NCBI GenBank assembly: GCA_902587545.1
Contig: CACILL010000003.1
Location: 19,006-83,005 of the forward strand
Length of the DNA: 64,000 nucleotides
Reading direction: 5' to 3'
Source: an uncultured SAR86 cluster bacterium
GTDB lineage: Bacteria > Pseudomonadota > Gammaproteobacteria > Magnimaribacterales > AG-339-G14
Positions 19,023-29,733 of this stretch are shown in pieces. The stretch's first letter is position 1. Every line of letters begins with the position of its first letter. Both the position numbers and the translations under genes were made by a program. Under the pieces are notes generated by a model that saw nothing but the letters and a program-made list of their open reading frames with translations, was not told the DNA's origin and did not search any database.

Positions 19023-20306
19023 TTGAAAAAATATTTTTATTTAAGTCTTTTATCCTTTTCAATTTTTAGTTTTTCCGCAGATTATGACTTCTCCGGATAC
19101 ACTAAATATTTAAATAAAGAGATAAATAAAGGCAACTATCCTGGATTTGTAACTTTAATTTATCAAAATGGAGAAATTATTTTTTCTGACACAAGAGGTT
19201 TTTCTGATATTGAAGAACAAATTCCTTTGAACGAAGATTCTCTTTTTAGAATTTACTCCATGACAAAGCCCATAACTGGCGCTGCATTGATGGTTTTAGT
19301 TGAACAAGGAAAAGTATCTCTTTCAGATCCTGTAGAGAAATATATCCCTGAGTTTAAAAATACAAAAGTTTTAAATAAAAAAACCAAACAATTAGAAAAT
19401 CTAGATAGATCTATAACTTTGTTGGATTTAGCAACTCATTCTTCTGGTTTAACGTACTCATTCATTGACAAAGGAAAGATAAAAGAAATTTATGACCAAG
19501 AAAAAATTTACCCATATTACTTTTTGGATAACGTTTCGTTAGAAAGACCTGCCAAAAAAAGTTACCCAGATATTTGTACTTTTTCTGAGAAGGTCGCTAC
19601 ATTACCCCTGGTTCATCAACCAGGAGAAAAATGGACTTATTCTATAGGTATGGACATTCTTGGATGCATTATTGAAAGGGCGTCCGATCAATCTTTTGGT
19701 GATTTTCTTAAGAAAAATATTTTTGACCCTCTAGGAATGAAGGATACATTTTTTGAGGTTCCTAGTTCTAAGCAAGCTAGGATGATTGATTTATATGCTC
19801 ACAAAAAAGGTTTTAAAGAATATGGCGTAGATGTTCCAGATAAAATAGTAAGCCAAAAAAATAAATTAATACTTCTTGATCCCAAAGAAGATAGTTTCTT
19901 TTTTCAAGGTGCCTCCATAGAAGATGGCGGATCTGGATTGGTATCTACTGCTAATGATTATCTCAAATTTGCAACAATGCTTTTGAACAAAGGATCTTTT
20001 AATGGAAAGAGGATTTTAAATCCAGAAACTGTCGAAATAATGACTTCAAATCAAGTAGAAAAAAAAGCTAAACCATACAAGTTCGATGCTTTTGGTTTTG
20101 GAGTTACTGTTGGAGTTGCTCTAAATTCAAAAAAAATGAGAATGAAAAGAGGAGATAATTCTTATTTTTGGGGAGGTGCTGCTAGAACTTTGTTTTGGGT
20201 AGATCCTGAAAATGATTTGGTTTTTGTGAACATGTCACAGGTTTTGGGAAGTCCAAGGATAAATAATAAGGTAGAAAAATTGGTTTATAAGGCGCTTGGG
20301 ATTTAA
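19023..20306 (+). CDS. Exported serine hydrolase (beta-lactamase/esterase family VIII)
   Basis: FRIYSMTKP (SxxK), LATHSSGL, PGEKWTYS, WGGAART. Confidence 0.9.
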   Translation: MKKYFYLSLLSFSIFSFSADYDFSGYTKYLNKEINKGNYPGFVTLIYQNGEIIFSDTRGFSDIEEQIPLNEDSLFRIYSMTKPITGAALMVLVEQGKVSLSDPVEKYIPEFKNTKVLNKKTKQLENLDRSITLLDLATHSSGLTYSFIDKGKIKEIYDQEKIYPYYFLDNVSLERPAKKSYPDICTFSEKVATLPLVHQPGEKWTYSIGMDILGCIIERASDQSFGDFLKKNIFDPLGMKDTFFEVPSSKQARMIDLYAHKKGFKEYGVDVPDKIVSQKNKLILLDPKEDSFFFQGASIEDGGSGLVSTANDYLKFATMLLNKGSFNGKRILNPETVEIMTSNQVEKKAKPYKFDAFGFGVTVGVALNSKKMRMKRGDNSYFWGGAARTLFWVDPENDLVFVNMSQVLGSPRINNKVEKLVYKALGI

Positions 20307-20751
20307 AAAAACATTCATCACAGAAGATAAGATTAGATTTAAGATACTAGATCTTCTATCCAGGAGAGAACATTCCTTTAAAGAATTAATCAATAAATTA
20401 AAGGATAGGGTAGATTCAGAAGAAAAGCTTTTTGAAGAGTTAACAAAGTTAAAAGAAGAAAATCTGCAGTCAGATGAGAGATTTGCTGAATCCTATACTC
20501 GCTCAAGGAGTGTAAAAGGTTTTGGTCCTGAAAAAATTTCTTACGAGCTTAAATCCAAAGGAATAAGTGAAAACCTCATAAGCAAGATAGTGTATTCTGA
20601 TGAAATAAACTGGATGGAGATTATTAAAAAAGAGTTTAGAAAAAAATTTATAGTTGATAACGATTTTGCTGAAGAAGATATTTCTCGTGCAAAAAAATTC
20701 CTCTTACAAAGAGGTTTTGAATTTGATCAAATAAACCAATTATTTAAATAA
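20296..20751 (+). CDS. recX: Regulatory protein RecX
   Basis: LLSRREHS, LQSDERFAESY, GPEKISYELKSKGI, FLLQRGF. Confidence 0.92.
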   Translation: MGFKKTFITEDKIRFKILDLLSRREHSFKELINKLKDRVDSEEKLFEELTKLKEENLQSDERFAESYTRSRSVKGFGPEKISYELKSKGISENLISKIVYSDEINWMEIIKKEFRKKFIVDNDFAEEDISRAKKFLLQRGFEFDQINQLFK

Positions 20752-22232
20752 TGAGTTATTTAGTATTAGCAAGAAAATGGAGACCATCCAATTTTTCAGA
20801 AGTTGTTGGTCAGGATCATGCTGTTGCAGCTTTAAAAAATTCCGTTTCTTCAAAAAACATTCACCACGCATATCTATTTACAGGTACCCGAGGTATCGGA
20901 AAAACATCTATTGCTAGAATCTTAGCCAAAGCACTTAATTGTTCTGAATTAATTGATAACACAGAACCTTGTAATGCTTGTGAATCATGTACATCAATAA
21001 ATGAAGGAGCTGCAATCGACTTTATTGAGATTGACGCGGCATCAAGAAGAGGTATTGAAGATACTAAAAATCTTTTAGAAACTATTTCTTATTTACCTTC
21101 ATCATCAAAGTATAAAATCTATTTGATTGACGAAGTTCATATGCTGACTCCTGAAAGTTTTAATGCTTTGCTAAAAAACTTAGAAGAACCGCCTCCCCAT
21201 GTAATATTTATGTTTGCAACCACAGAATATAAAAAGATTTTGCCCACAATAATTTCTAGATGCCTCCAAATAAATTTAAGTTCTGTCTCTGTAAATGTTA
21301 TTTCAAATCAATTGGGAGAAATTTTTTCAAAAGAAAAAATAAAATACGATGAAAATTCTTTGAGGCTTATTGCCGAAGCTGCACAAGGAAGTCTTAGAGA
21401 TGCTCTATCTATATCTGAAAAAGTAATATCCTTTTGCAATAGAAACCTTAAAGAGAAAGAAGTGAGAGATGTTTTGGGAATTCCAGAACCTGAAATTATT
21501 GATAATCTCTTGAAATCAATTTTAGATGAGGATGTAACAGAGGTTCTATCAATTCTTAAAAATTATGGAGAATATGAAGATCATGAATTTTTATTAAAGT
21601 CTTTAATGGATTTAATTCAAGACATTGCAATTAGTCAGTTTGAAAAAAAAGGATCCAAAAATAATATCAATGATTTTTTAAAAACCGACCCTGCTAAACT
21701 GCAGTTTCTTTATCAGTTAGGACTTTCCAATTTAAAGCATTTTAGTTTGGGCTATGATTCTTTTTCAATACTGAAAATGACTTTATTAAAAATGATTGCC
21801 TTTTCTCCTGAAAATCAAAAAAAAAATTCTTTAAAAATTAAAAAACAAGATAACTCTGAAATACACTGGCCAGGAATATTCTCTGATTTAAATCTAAATG
21901 GCATATCGAAAAATCTACTCAAGCAAGCAAGTGTTATTCAACAAGAAAATAATTTAAAACTATCTTTTCCAAATAACGTTCTTTCCTTACTTAATGAAGA
22001 CCAAAAAAAAGATATTGAAAAAAGCTTTGAAGATTATCTAAAAATGGAACTGGTTTTCATCTACGATGATGATGTTGATTCAAAACTTACACCGGAATAC
22101 GAGAAAAAAAATAAAGATAAAGGAATTAGAAAAAATATAAAAAAAACCATGGAAAAAGATAAAAACTTCAATGAAATCATGGGAGGACTTAAAGTTGAAT
22201 CTGTAAAATTTAATAAAAAAAATGAAACTTAG
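20751..22232 (+). CDS. dnaX: DNA polymerase III subunit gamma/tau
   Basis: MSYLVLARKWRP, GTRGIGKT, zinc Cys cluster, IDEVHML, SRC. Confidence 0.96.
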   Translation: MSYLVLARKWRPSNFSEVVGQDHAVAALKNSVSSKNIHHAYLFTGTRGIGKTSIARILAKALNCSELIDNTEPCNACESCTSINEGAAIDFIEIDAASRRGIEDTKNLLETISYLPSSSKYKIYLIDEVHMLTPESFNALLKNLEEPPPHVIFMFATTEYKKILPTIISRCLQINLSSVSVNVISNQLGEIFSKEKIKYDENSLRLIAEAAQGSLRDALSISEKVISFCNRNLKEKEVRDVLGIPEPEIIDNLLKSILDEDVTEVLSILKNYGEYEDHEFLLKSLMDLIQDIAISQFEKKGSKNNINDFLKTDPAKLQFLYQLGLSNLKHFSLGYDSFSILKMTLLKMIAFSPENQKKNSLKIKKQDNSEIHWPGIFSDLNLNGISKNLLKQASVIQQENNLKLSFPNNVLSLLNEDQKKDIEKSFEDYLKMELVFIYDDDVDSKLTPEYEKKNKDKGIRKNIKKTMEKDKNFNEIMGGLKVESVKFNKKNET

Positions 22233-22821
22233 TCCTAAAATTTCTGAATTAATTGATTCATTAAAATCTCTTCCTGGAATTGGTCCAAAATCAGCCAGAA
22301 GAATGGCTCTTTCATTATTGAGTTCCAATAAAGAGATTGGTTTATTGCTTGCCAAATCTATAGAAGATGCAATTTTAAATATTCAATTATGTCAAAAATG
22401 CTATGTTTTAAATGATCAAGAGCTCTGTGAAATTTGTAACTCAGCGAAAAGAAATAACAATTCTATATGTGTTGTAGAATCAACTTCAGATCTTTATTCA
22501 ATTGAAGAAACATCTGAATTTGATGGCAGATATTTTGTTCTTAACGGTCTACTTTCCCCAATCGATAATATTGGCGCTGAAGAACTAAGGATAGAGAAAT
22601 TATTAGATCTCATAGAGGAATTAAATTCAAAAGAGGTCATACTTGCATTAAATTCAACATTAGAAGGCGAGGCTACTGCATATTTTTTACTGGAAAAATT
22701 AAAAAAGAAAGATGTAATTGTTACAAGAATCGCACAAGGAGTTCCGGCAGGAGGAGATTTAAACTATGTTGATAATAATACTCTTAGAAGAGCAATTTCC
22801 TTTAGAACTGAATTAAAATAA
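22222..22821 (+). CDS. recR: Recombination protein RecR
   Basis: [12 protein letters not shown]4 zinc finger, [14 protein letters not shown]. Confidence 0.96.
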   Translation: MKLSPKISELIDSLKSLPGIGPKSARRMALSLLSSNKEIGLLLAKSIEDAILNIQLCQKCYVLNDQELCEICNSAKRNNNSICVVESTSDLYSIEETSEFDGRYFVLNGLLSPIDNIGAEELRIEKLLDLIEELNSKEVILALNSTLEGEATAYFLLEKLKKKDVIVTRIAQGVPAGGDLNYVDNNTLRRAISFRTELK

Positions 22822-22825
22822 AACC

Positions 22826-23398
22826 ATGGCTATTAAATCAGATTATTGGATAAAAAAAATGTCTATAGAAAATGACATGATTTCTCCTTTCCAACCTACC
22901 CAAGTAAAAATCAATGAAGAAAATAATGAAAAATTAATTTCCTATGGGCTTTCCAGCTATGGATATGACGTAAGGTGTGCAAATGAATTTAAAGTATTCA
23001 CAAATATCCATTCAGCAACAGTTGATCCAAAAAAATTTGATAGTTCTAGCTTTATTGATGTTACTCAAGATGAGTGCGTAATTCCTCCAAATTCATTTGC
23101 TTTAGCAAGAACGATTGAGTATTTCAAAATTCCAAGAGACGTTCTTACAATTTGTCTCGGTAAATCAACCTACGCAAGATGTGGGATCATTGTAAATGTA
23201 ACTCCTCTTGAACCAGAATGGGAAGGGCACGTAACCTTAGAATTTTCCAATACTACCAGTCTCCCAGCAAAAATTTATGCAAATGAGGGCGTAGCTCAAA
23301 TGTTATTTTTTCAATCAGATGAAATTTGTGAGGTAAGTTATAAAGACAGAGGAGGTAAATATCAAGGCCAAAAAGGAGTAACTCTTCCTAAAGCTTAA
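22826..23398 (+). CDS. dcd: dCTP deaminase
   Basis: [27 protein letters not shown]. Confidence 0.96.
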   Translation: MAIKSDYWIKKMSIENDMISPFQPTQVKINEENNEKLISYGLSSYGYDVRCANEFKVFTNIHSATVDPKKFDSSSFIDVTQDECVIPPNSFALARTIEYFKIPRDVLTICLGKSTYARCGIIVNVTPLEPEWEGHVTLEFSNTTSLPAKIYANEGVAQMLFFQSDEICEVSYKDRGGKYQGQKGVTLPKA

Positions 23399-23399
23399 C

Positions 23400-24059
23400 T
23401 CAATCTAATTCCCAATCAACATTAAATCCTCTTCCGCCTTGGAAAACCTTTATTGTTTCTTTGTCAGAATCGTTCCGAATCAAAAATTTAAAGTATCTTT
23501 TATCATCTCTTTGCTCAGTGAACTCAAATACTTCAACAAGTTTTGATTTATAAATAATTTCTTCTCTTTTGTTCAAAAAAGACTTTATTTTGATTTTTCC
23601 CTTGTCGAAATAATTTATTTTAAACTCGTCCTTTTTAAGATAATTCATTTTAATTTGAATCTGTAGAGTTAGGTTATCGTAAAAATTTTCTTCAATTTCA
23701 ATTGAACCTTTCTTTTTACCGAAAGAATAAGTAATAATTTTTCGATCCCCTTCTTTTTCAACTTTATAGGTCTGATGATCCTTTCTCAGTCCTCCTAAAA
23801 CATCTAGCTTCCTAAATCCAGATTCCAAGACAACATTTCCATTGTCTATACTAAAAATAGATTCTTGTTTTATGGTGAAGAGGGGATGTTTACCAATGGA
23901 TGAAATCTTCCAACTATTTTCAGATATTTTCTCTAATGTTTCTTTTACCGATCCAGTTGGTTTTGATGAATAATAATTTTCATAAGGATTTAGATCAAAT
24001 AAGAATATTTGATTACAAAAAAAACAAAACAGCACTTTAAATAAAATATTCTTTACCAT
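23400..24059 (-). CDS. Hypothetical exported protein (DUF3108-like position after purN)
   Basis: Long ORF with YDNLTLQIQI, in the slot DUF3108 genes occupy after purMN; start uncertain (24035-24077). Confidence 0.6.
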   Translation of the reverse strand: MVKNILFKVLFCFFCNQIFLFDLNPYENYYSSKPTGSVKETLEKISENSWKISSIGKHPLFTIKQESIFSIDNGNVVLESGFRKLDVLGGLRKDHQTYKVEKEGDRKIITYSFGKKKGSIEIEENFYDNLTLQIQIKMNYLKKDEFKINYFDKGKIKIKSFLNKREEIIYKSKLVEVFEFTEQRDDKRYFKFLIRNDSDKETIKVFQGGRGFNVDWELD

Positions 24060-24684
24060 CTTTATGATAGACATCATCTATTTTTATTTTGTTATCGATG
24101 ATGGATATTTTACCTTCCTGAAGTTCAGTTAATATTTCTGGATAAATAAAATGTTCTATTTTATGAATTTTATTTATAAGGTCGTTTTCTTTTTCCTTTG
24201 CATCCACTTTAACTTTTGCATAGCCAATTATTGGACCACTATCTAGTCCCTCATCTACAAGGTGAACCGTAACCCCATGTTCTTTATCTTTGTTTTCAAG
24301 AACTTTTTTGTGAGTATTTAGACCTGGATATTTTGGTAAAAGAGAAGGGTGAATATTTATTATTTTGTTAGGGAAATTCTTAACAAAATCTGACCCTAAT
24401 ATTCTCATAAAACCTGCAAGAATTATAAAATCTACACTTTCTTGCTTTATTACTTCTTTAAGTTTCTGATCATACGATTTACGATCCTCAAAATCTTTAT
24501 GATCTAAACACAAATTTTTTATATTGTGTTTTTTTGCTCTTTCTAAACCATAAGCATCCTTGTTATTTGAAATAACAATTTTTATAACAGCTTTTAAACG
24601 ACCATTTTGAATACTATCAACTATTGCTTGAAAATTTGTACCATTTCCTGATAAAAGAATTGCTAGGGCTAATTTTTTGCTCAT
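24037..24684 (-). CDS. purN: Phosphoribosylglycinamide formyltransferase
   Basis: SGNGTNFQA, LAGFMRIL, NIHPSLLP, DSGPII. Confidence 0.96.
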   Translation of the reverse strand: MSKKLALAILLSGNGTNFQAIVDSIQNGRLKAVIKIVISNNKDAYGLERAKKHNIKNLCLDHKDFEDRKSYDQKLKEVIKQESVDFIILAGFMRILGSDFVKNFPNKIINIHPSLLPKYPGLNTHKKVLENKDKEHGVTVHLVDEGLDSGPIIGYAKVKVDAKEKENDLINKIHKIEHFIYPEILTELQEGKISIIDNKIKIDDVYHKDGKEYFI

Positions 24685-25722
24685 TCAAAAAATGATTCCT
24701 TTATTTGATTTTCGTGGACCTATAAAACCTAATTCAAAATATGGGATTTTTAACTTTTTTAAATGATTCTTGCATTGTGTTAAATCGCTTTTGCTTATCG
24801 AAAGTATCATGCCAATGCCACAGTTAAATGTTGATAACATTTCCATTTTAGATAGATTTGATTTTGACTCAATTAAACTAAAAAGATCATTATGAAATGG
24901 ATACTTTGATCCGATAGAAATATTTGCGGAAAGATTACTTGGAATTATTCTTTCTAAATTTCCCGTAAGTCCTCCTCCAGTAATATGACTTAGGGCATTT
25001 AAATGAATTTTATCTTTAAGGAATAAAATTTCTTTTACATAGATTTTCGTGGGCTTTAATAGAGCTTTTCCCAGAGCAGATCCTTTGAATTTTTGATTTA
25101 ATCTAATCTGCTTTTTTTCAATGAGTTTTCTAACCAAAGAAAAGCCATTTGAATGCAATCCATTAGATTTTAAACCTATCAAAACATCACCTTTTTTTAC
25201 TTGGTTTTTAAGCTTCTTTGAGCTTTTCTCTAAAACTCCAACACAAAAGCCCGCCAAATCAAACTTACCTTTAGGGAAAGCGTTAGGATGTTCTGCTGTC
25301 TCTCCACCGATTAAAGAGCACTGAGAATCCCTACAACCTTTTGTTATTCCTTTAATTATTTCTTTTGAAACATTAAGATTTATTTTATCTGTAACAAGGT
25401 AATCTAGAAAAAAAAGTGGCTCTGCTTGTAAAGTAATTAAATCGTTTACGCACATTGCTACTAAATCTATACCTATTGAATCATAAACTTTCATCGCATC
25501 AGCAATTTCAATTTTTGTGCCCACTCCATCAGTACAACTTATCAAGACAGGATTTTTGTATTTTTTTGGCAGAACAGAAGCAGCAGCAAAACCTCCTATA
25601 GAGCCAATTATTTCTTTTCTAAAGGTAGTCTTAGCTAAAGGTTTTATGATATCTACTAATTGATCGCCCCTTTTTATGCTTACTCCAGAATCAGCATAGG
25701 AAGTTTTGTTTGATCTAGACAA
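24685..25722 (-). CDS. purM: Phosphoribosylformylglycinamidine cyclo-ligase
   Basis: TDGVGTK, GIDLVAMCVND, GGETAEHP, HSNGFSL, HITGGG, TFNCGIG; TTG start. Confidence 0.96.
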   Translation of the reverse strand: MSRSNKTSYADSGVSIKRGDQLVDIIKPLAKTTFRKEIIGSIGGFAAASVLPKKYKNPVLISCTDGVGTKIEIADAMKVYDSIGIDLVAMCVNDLITLQAEPLFFLDYLVTDKINLNVSKEIIKGITKGCRDSQCSLIGGETAEHPNAFPKGKFDLAGFCVGVLEKSSKKLKNQVKKGDVLIGLKSNGLHSNGFSLVRKLIEKKQIRLNQKFKGSALGKALLKPTKIYVKEILFLKDKIHLNALSHITGGGLTGNLERIIPSNLSANISIGSKYPFHNDLFSLIESKSNLSKMEMLSTFNCGIGMILSISKSDLTQCKNHLKKLKIPYFELGFIGPRKSNKGIIF

Positions 25723-25772
25723 AGGATTTTGAATTTAAGTTCTATTAAAAAAACATATTATAATCATTTTTA

Positions 25773-26768
25773 ATGCTAAAAATTATTAAAGTTATTTTTT
25801 TTATTTCTCTTATTTTTTCTGTTTTAAATTTATACAGCGAGGATTACTCTACAATTGTTCAAGGTGATGATGAGGAAGTTTCTGAACTACTTCAAAAAGC
25901 TTTAAACCAATCAATATTAAAAGTATTAGGCAGTCAAAGGGACTTCAATCTTAATCAACAAAATTTTAAACAATTAAATCCTAATAATTTTGTAAGAGAG
26001 TACAAATTTATCGAATTTAATGATGAGGAAGCTCTTGAGGTAATGATTGATTTGAAAGCACTTCAGGAAAAACTACTGGAACTAAATCTTGGAATTTCTT
26101 TTTTAAAAAATCCAAAAGTTGCCGCTTGGGTTCTTTGTAAGCCAGATTACTCATCTCTTCAGGCTGCTAAATCTTTAGATCAGAAATGTAAGTTTGTGAA
26201 AAAAGAATTTGATAGGGTTGCAAACGAGAGGGGCATAACAATTGTCTACCCTATATTAGACTCCCGAGATATTAGTTTATTTAGCTTTGAAAATAATTCT
26301 AATTTAGAGAATTTAACAATTTTTAATGATCGTTATCCTTCCGACGGATGGTTTTTTTGTGAAATTTCAAGTTCAAGTGAATGGTGTTTTCTTCCAGAAG
26401 ATATTGAAAAGAAATTTTCTAAATTAGATGTTGAATCTAAATATAAGCCAGCAGTCGGCATAAACATCTTAATTGATAACTTATTTAGTAACCAAAGACT
26501 CAAAGCAAGCTCACAATCCAATCTTCCTTACTATTTAGAAATTAGAGGATTAAAAAAGTTTTCAGATCACAAATCATTTGAAAATATATTAAAAAATATT
26601 TTATTTATTAATAATCTGAGTTTAATGTCATTAAGAAATAATTCAGCTACTTATAGTTTTAATCTTTTGTCAGAGGAAAGAAATCTATTGAATTACTTTG
26701 ATGAAATTGAAAATTTAATCCTTATAAACAAAGAAAAAGATAAACTTTTCCTAGCTTTAGGCGAATAA
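25773..26768 (+). CDS. Exported protein, DUF2066-like
   Basis: Signal peptide, ALNQSILKVLG, RGITIVYPILD; divergent from purM as in other gammaproteobacteria. Confidence 0.65.
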   Translation: MLKIIKVIFFISLIFSVLNLYSEDYSTIVQGDDEEVSELLQKALNQSILKVLGSQRDFNLNQQNFKQLNPNNFVREYKFIEFNDEEALEVMIDLKALQEKLLELNLGISFLKNPKVAAWVLCKPDYSSLQAAKSLDQKCKFVKKEFDRVANERGITIVYPILDSRDISLFSFENNSNLENLTIFNDRYPSDGWFFCEISSSSEWCFLPEDIEKKFSKLDVESKYKPAVGINILIDNLFSNQRLKASSQSNLPYYLEIRGLKKFSDHKSFENILKNILFINNLSLMSLRNNSATYSFNLLSEERNLLNYFDEIENLILINKEKDKLFLALGE

Positions 26769-27319
26769 TGATTGCGTCCTCAATACCTAATTTCTTAACC
26801 GTTTTTCGTTTTTTTTTAGTTTACCCGATCGTAATAAGTATTTTAGAAGAAAATTATCAACTTACCCTTTTTTTCTTTTTTCTGGCAGGAATATCTGATT
26901 TTTTAGATGGATATCTTGCAAGAAAGTACTCTTGGGAAAGTAGATTTGGGAAAATATTTGATCCTATTTCAGACAAAGTCCTTGTCATTGCTACACTTAT
27001 ATCTCTTTCTTTAGTTGGAGAAATAAATATTTATTTAACAATGTTTCTTCTGAGTAGAGATCTCTTTATTATTGTTGGAGTCATTTTGTCTTCCCTTCTA
27101 ATTGATAATTACGAAATAAAGCCTTATTTTTCAGGAAAATTTAATAGTTTCGTTTTGATGACTTACCTCGGATTTGTAATCATTGAGGTCTCATTTGGTC
27201 TTGTTCCCATAGTTTTCTTGAATTTTCTGATGGTAGCGCTCTTAATAACTTCTCTTTATAGCGTAATTGAATACTTAAACTATCCAGGTAGAAAAGTAAT
27301 TTCCCAAATATTCTTTTAA
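26768..27319 (+). CDS. CDP-alcohol phosphatidyltransferase
   Basis: IPNFLTVFR, SDFLDGYLARK...SRFGKIFDPISDK. Confidence 0.92.
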   Translation: MIASSIPNFLTVFRFFLVYPIVISILEENYQLTLFFFFLAGISDFLDGYLARKYSWESRFGKIFDPISDKVLVIATLISLSLVGEINIYLTMFLLSRDLFIIVGVILSSLLIDNYEIKPYFSGKFNSFVLMTYLGFVIIEVSFGLVPIVFLNFLMVALLITSLYSVIEYLNYPGRKVISQIFF

Positions 27320-27978
27320 TGAATCAAAAAGTTTTAGATATTTTCTTGCCCAAAGAGAGATCATTGGATCAGTTGAAAAACTTTTCATTTTTAAAAAAAA
27401 TGATTTCTGAAATTGAGTTATTTTTTAGTAATGAAGAAAATTTTTTATTACTAAACATCAAAGAAGATTTAATAAGAAATTATTTATTTCATGCTTCTTT
27501 AAATTCCTACAAAATACAACCCAAAATAATCGATCTAAATGAAAAGATTTTCAATCCGGATGTATTTAAATATCCAATGGTGTTTATAAAAAACTTATCA
27601 AGTGATACTTTAAATCAAGAATCAGAGATTTTTCTATTTAATGGCTTTAATTATTGTTTAAACCAAAATTCCAAAATCTTATTTTCAAGTAATGATTTCA
27701 TTAAAAATTTAGATATTAAATTGGCAGATCTTGAATCAAGATTGAATACCGTTTTACCTGTTGAGATTTTAAATCCTGCTGATGAAGAAAAAATGAACTT
27801 AATTAACTTTGAACTTCAGCAAAGGGGCTTAGAAATCAATGACAAAGAAATGAAATACATATTTACGCATCATTCTCGAGATTTAAATAGTTTATTAAAT
27901 TTAGCAGAAAAACTTGATGAAATCTCCCATCAAGAAAAAAAATCTATTTCAATAAATTTAATAAAGAAAATTATTTAA
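27319..27978 (+). CDS. hda: Hda-like DnaA regulatory inactivator (degenerate AAA+)
   Basis: LADLESRL (box VII), RGLEI, SRDLNSL; synteny with purM/DUF2066. Walker motifs are lost. Confidence 0.72.
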   Translation: MNQKVLDIFLPKERSLDQLKNFSFLKKMISEIELFFSNEENFLLLNIKEDLIRNYLFHASLNSYKIQPKIIDLNEKIFNPDVFKYPMVFIKNLSSDTLNQESEIFLFNGFNYCLNQNSKILFSSNDFIKNLDIKLADLESRLNTVLPVEILNPADEEKMNLINFELQQRGLEINDKEMKYIFTHHSRDLNSLLNLAEKLDEISHQEKKSISINLIKKII

Positions 27979-27981
27979 AAA

Positions 27982-29709
27982 CTATCTTAATTCAGGACAA
28001 ACTAAACAAATTAACTTCGTTTCAATTTTTTTCTTACTGACAAGTCTTTGAATATCTATTGATTCTATAAAGCCAAAAAGGCTATAAGTTGAATTCAAAA
28101 AAGAATTAAAAGATGCAAATAAATCATCAACAATTCCTGGAGAAGTAGATATATATTTTATTTTGAAATCTGAAATTCCTGATTTCTCTTCAAGAATTTT
28201 AATACCATCTTGAAATACCCCAAGAGAGTCGACAAGACTATTTTGAAGAGCTGATTTGCCAGACCATATTCTTCCTTGGGCAATCTTTTCAGTATTATCG
28301 ATAGTTAACTGTCGGTTCTTTGACACAAGCTTGATAAATTTATTGTAAGAACCATCAACATAACTTTGCATAAATGAAGACAAGTTATCATTAGGAGGTT
28401 CCAATAACGAAAAATTTAATTCGTTGGTAGAAACCTTATCATAGAGTATTCCGACATTTTCAAAGGAATCTTTAAAATTAGGCAAGGCTGCCCAGACACC
28501 AATGGACCCAGTAAGAGTAAATGGGTTTGCAATTATTGTATTTTGATTCATAGAAATCCAATAACCTCCCGATGCAGCAATATCTCCCATTGAGATTACT
28601 ATTGGAATTTTTTTATTGAGAAGTTCTAATCTTTGTCTGATTATTTCTGAGGCAAAACCACTTCCTCCTGGAGAATTTACTCTAAGAAATAAACCTTTAA
28701 TTGACTTATCTTTATCAATTTTATCGAGAGTTTTTGAAAAGTTTTCACTGGAGATCGCTCCTTCTGCATATTCACCATCTATTATTTCTCCAGAGGCTAC
28801 TAAGACAGCAAATTTATTATCTGAAGAATTTTCATTGTTCAAGAGCGCTAGGTTATCTTTAAAAGATATTATTTTTTCCTCAACGAGCGAAGATAGATAG
28901 TCATTTAAGTTCGTTCTTACAATTAAAGTGTCAATCAAACCCTCGCTTTTGGCTAGCTTTGCAGTGTCACCATCAAATTTTTCCGTTAATTTTCCGAGAT
29001 TATTTATGTAATTATCTATTTTTAAATCTGAAATTTTACTTCTATTTTTTGTAACTATTTCTTTCCAAGAATCCCAGACTTCAGAAAGATAAGAAGATGT
29101 TTGGAGTCTATCTTCTTCAGATAAATTATCTCGAGTAAAAGTGTCCAATGCTGATTTATATTTTCCAGAAACAAAAGTTGATACGCCAATATTAAGTTTT
29201 TCCAATAATTGTTTAATAAAAGGTTTCTGTGAAGAAAAGCCATCTAAAAGAACTAAACCATTCTGATTCAATAAAATAGAATCAGCATAAGAAGCCAAAA
29301 GATAGTTTTTCTTGTCGTAAAAATCAGAATAAGCAATTACTTTTTTGCCCTGGCTTTTGAAACTATCTATGGCTTGACCAATTTCTAAGATACCAGTGAA
29401 TGAAATGTCTAAATAGGTTAAATCCATAAATAGTATCTTTACTTCTTCTTCTGTGCCCGCCGTTTCAATAGCCGAAATTATTTCAAACAAATTCAATTCA
29501 TAGGTTTCCCTCTCAAAAAAAGAAAGATTTGAATTCGTTGTTTCGTTTATTTTTTTTGGGGCAAAAGTTATTACAGCGCTAAGGTCTTCCTTGACGTCGC
29601 TAACCAAAAAAGTGATTGCAATGAACAACAAAGCCAAAATGAAAAATAGATTCAAAATAACTTTTCTTGTTAGGTCAACGAAGTTGAAAAATTTTCTTAA
29701 GAAGCTCAT
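27982..29709 (-). CDS. sppA: Signal peptide peptidase SppA (protease IV)
   Basis: GKYKSA, RVNSPGGS, SMGDIAASGGYWI, TGSIGV, AQGRIWSG. Confidence 0.94.
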   Translation of the reverse strand: MSFLRKFFNFVDLTRKVILNLFFILALLFIAITFLVSDVKEDLSAVITFAPKKINETTNSNLSFFERETYELNLFEIISAIETAGTEEEVKILFMDLTYLDISFTGILEIGQAIDSFKSQGKKVIAYSDFYDKKNYLLASYADSILLNQNGLVLLDGFSSQKPFIKQLLEKLNIGVSTFVSGKYKSALDTFTRDNLSEEDRLQTSSYLSEVWDSWKEIVTKNRSKISDLKIDNYINNLGKLTEKFDGDTAKLAKSEGLIDTLIVRTNLNDYLSSLVEEKIISFKDNLALLNNENSSDNKFAVLVASGEIIDGEYAEGAISSENFSKTLDKIDKDKSIKGLFLRVNSPGGSGFASEIIRQRLELLNKKIPIVISMGDIAASGGYWISMNQNTIIANPFTLTGSIGVWAALPNFKDSFENVGILYDKVSTNELNFSLLEPPNDNLSSFMQSYVDGSYNKFIKLVSKNRQLTIDNTEKIAQGRIWSGKSALQNSLVDSLGVFQDGIKILEEKSGISDFKIKYISTSPGIVDDLFASFNSFLNSTYSLFGFIESIDIQRLVSKKKIETKLICLVCPELR

Positions 29710-29733
29710 TTAAAGAAGTATTATATAAAGATT

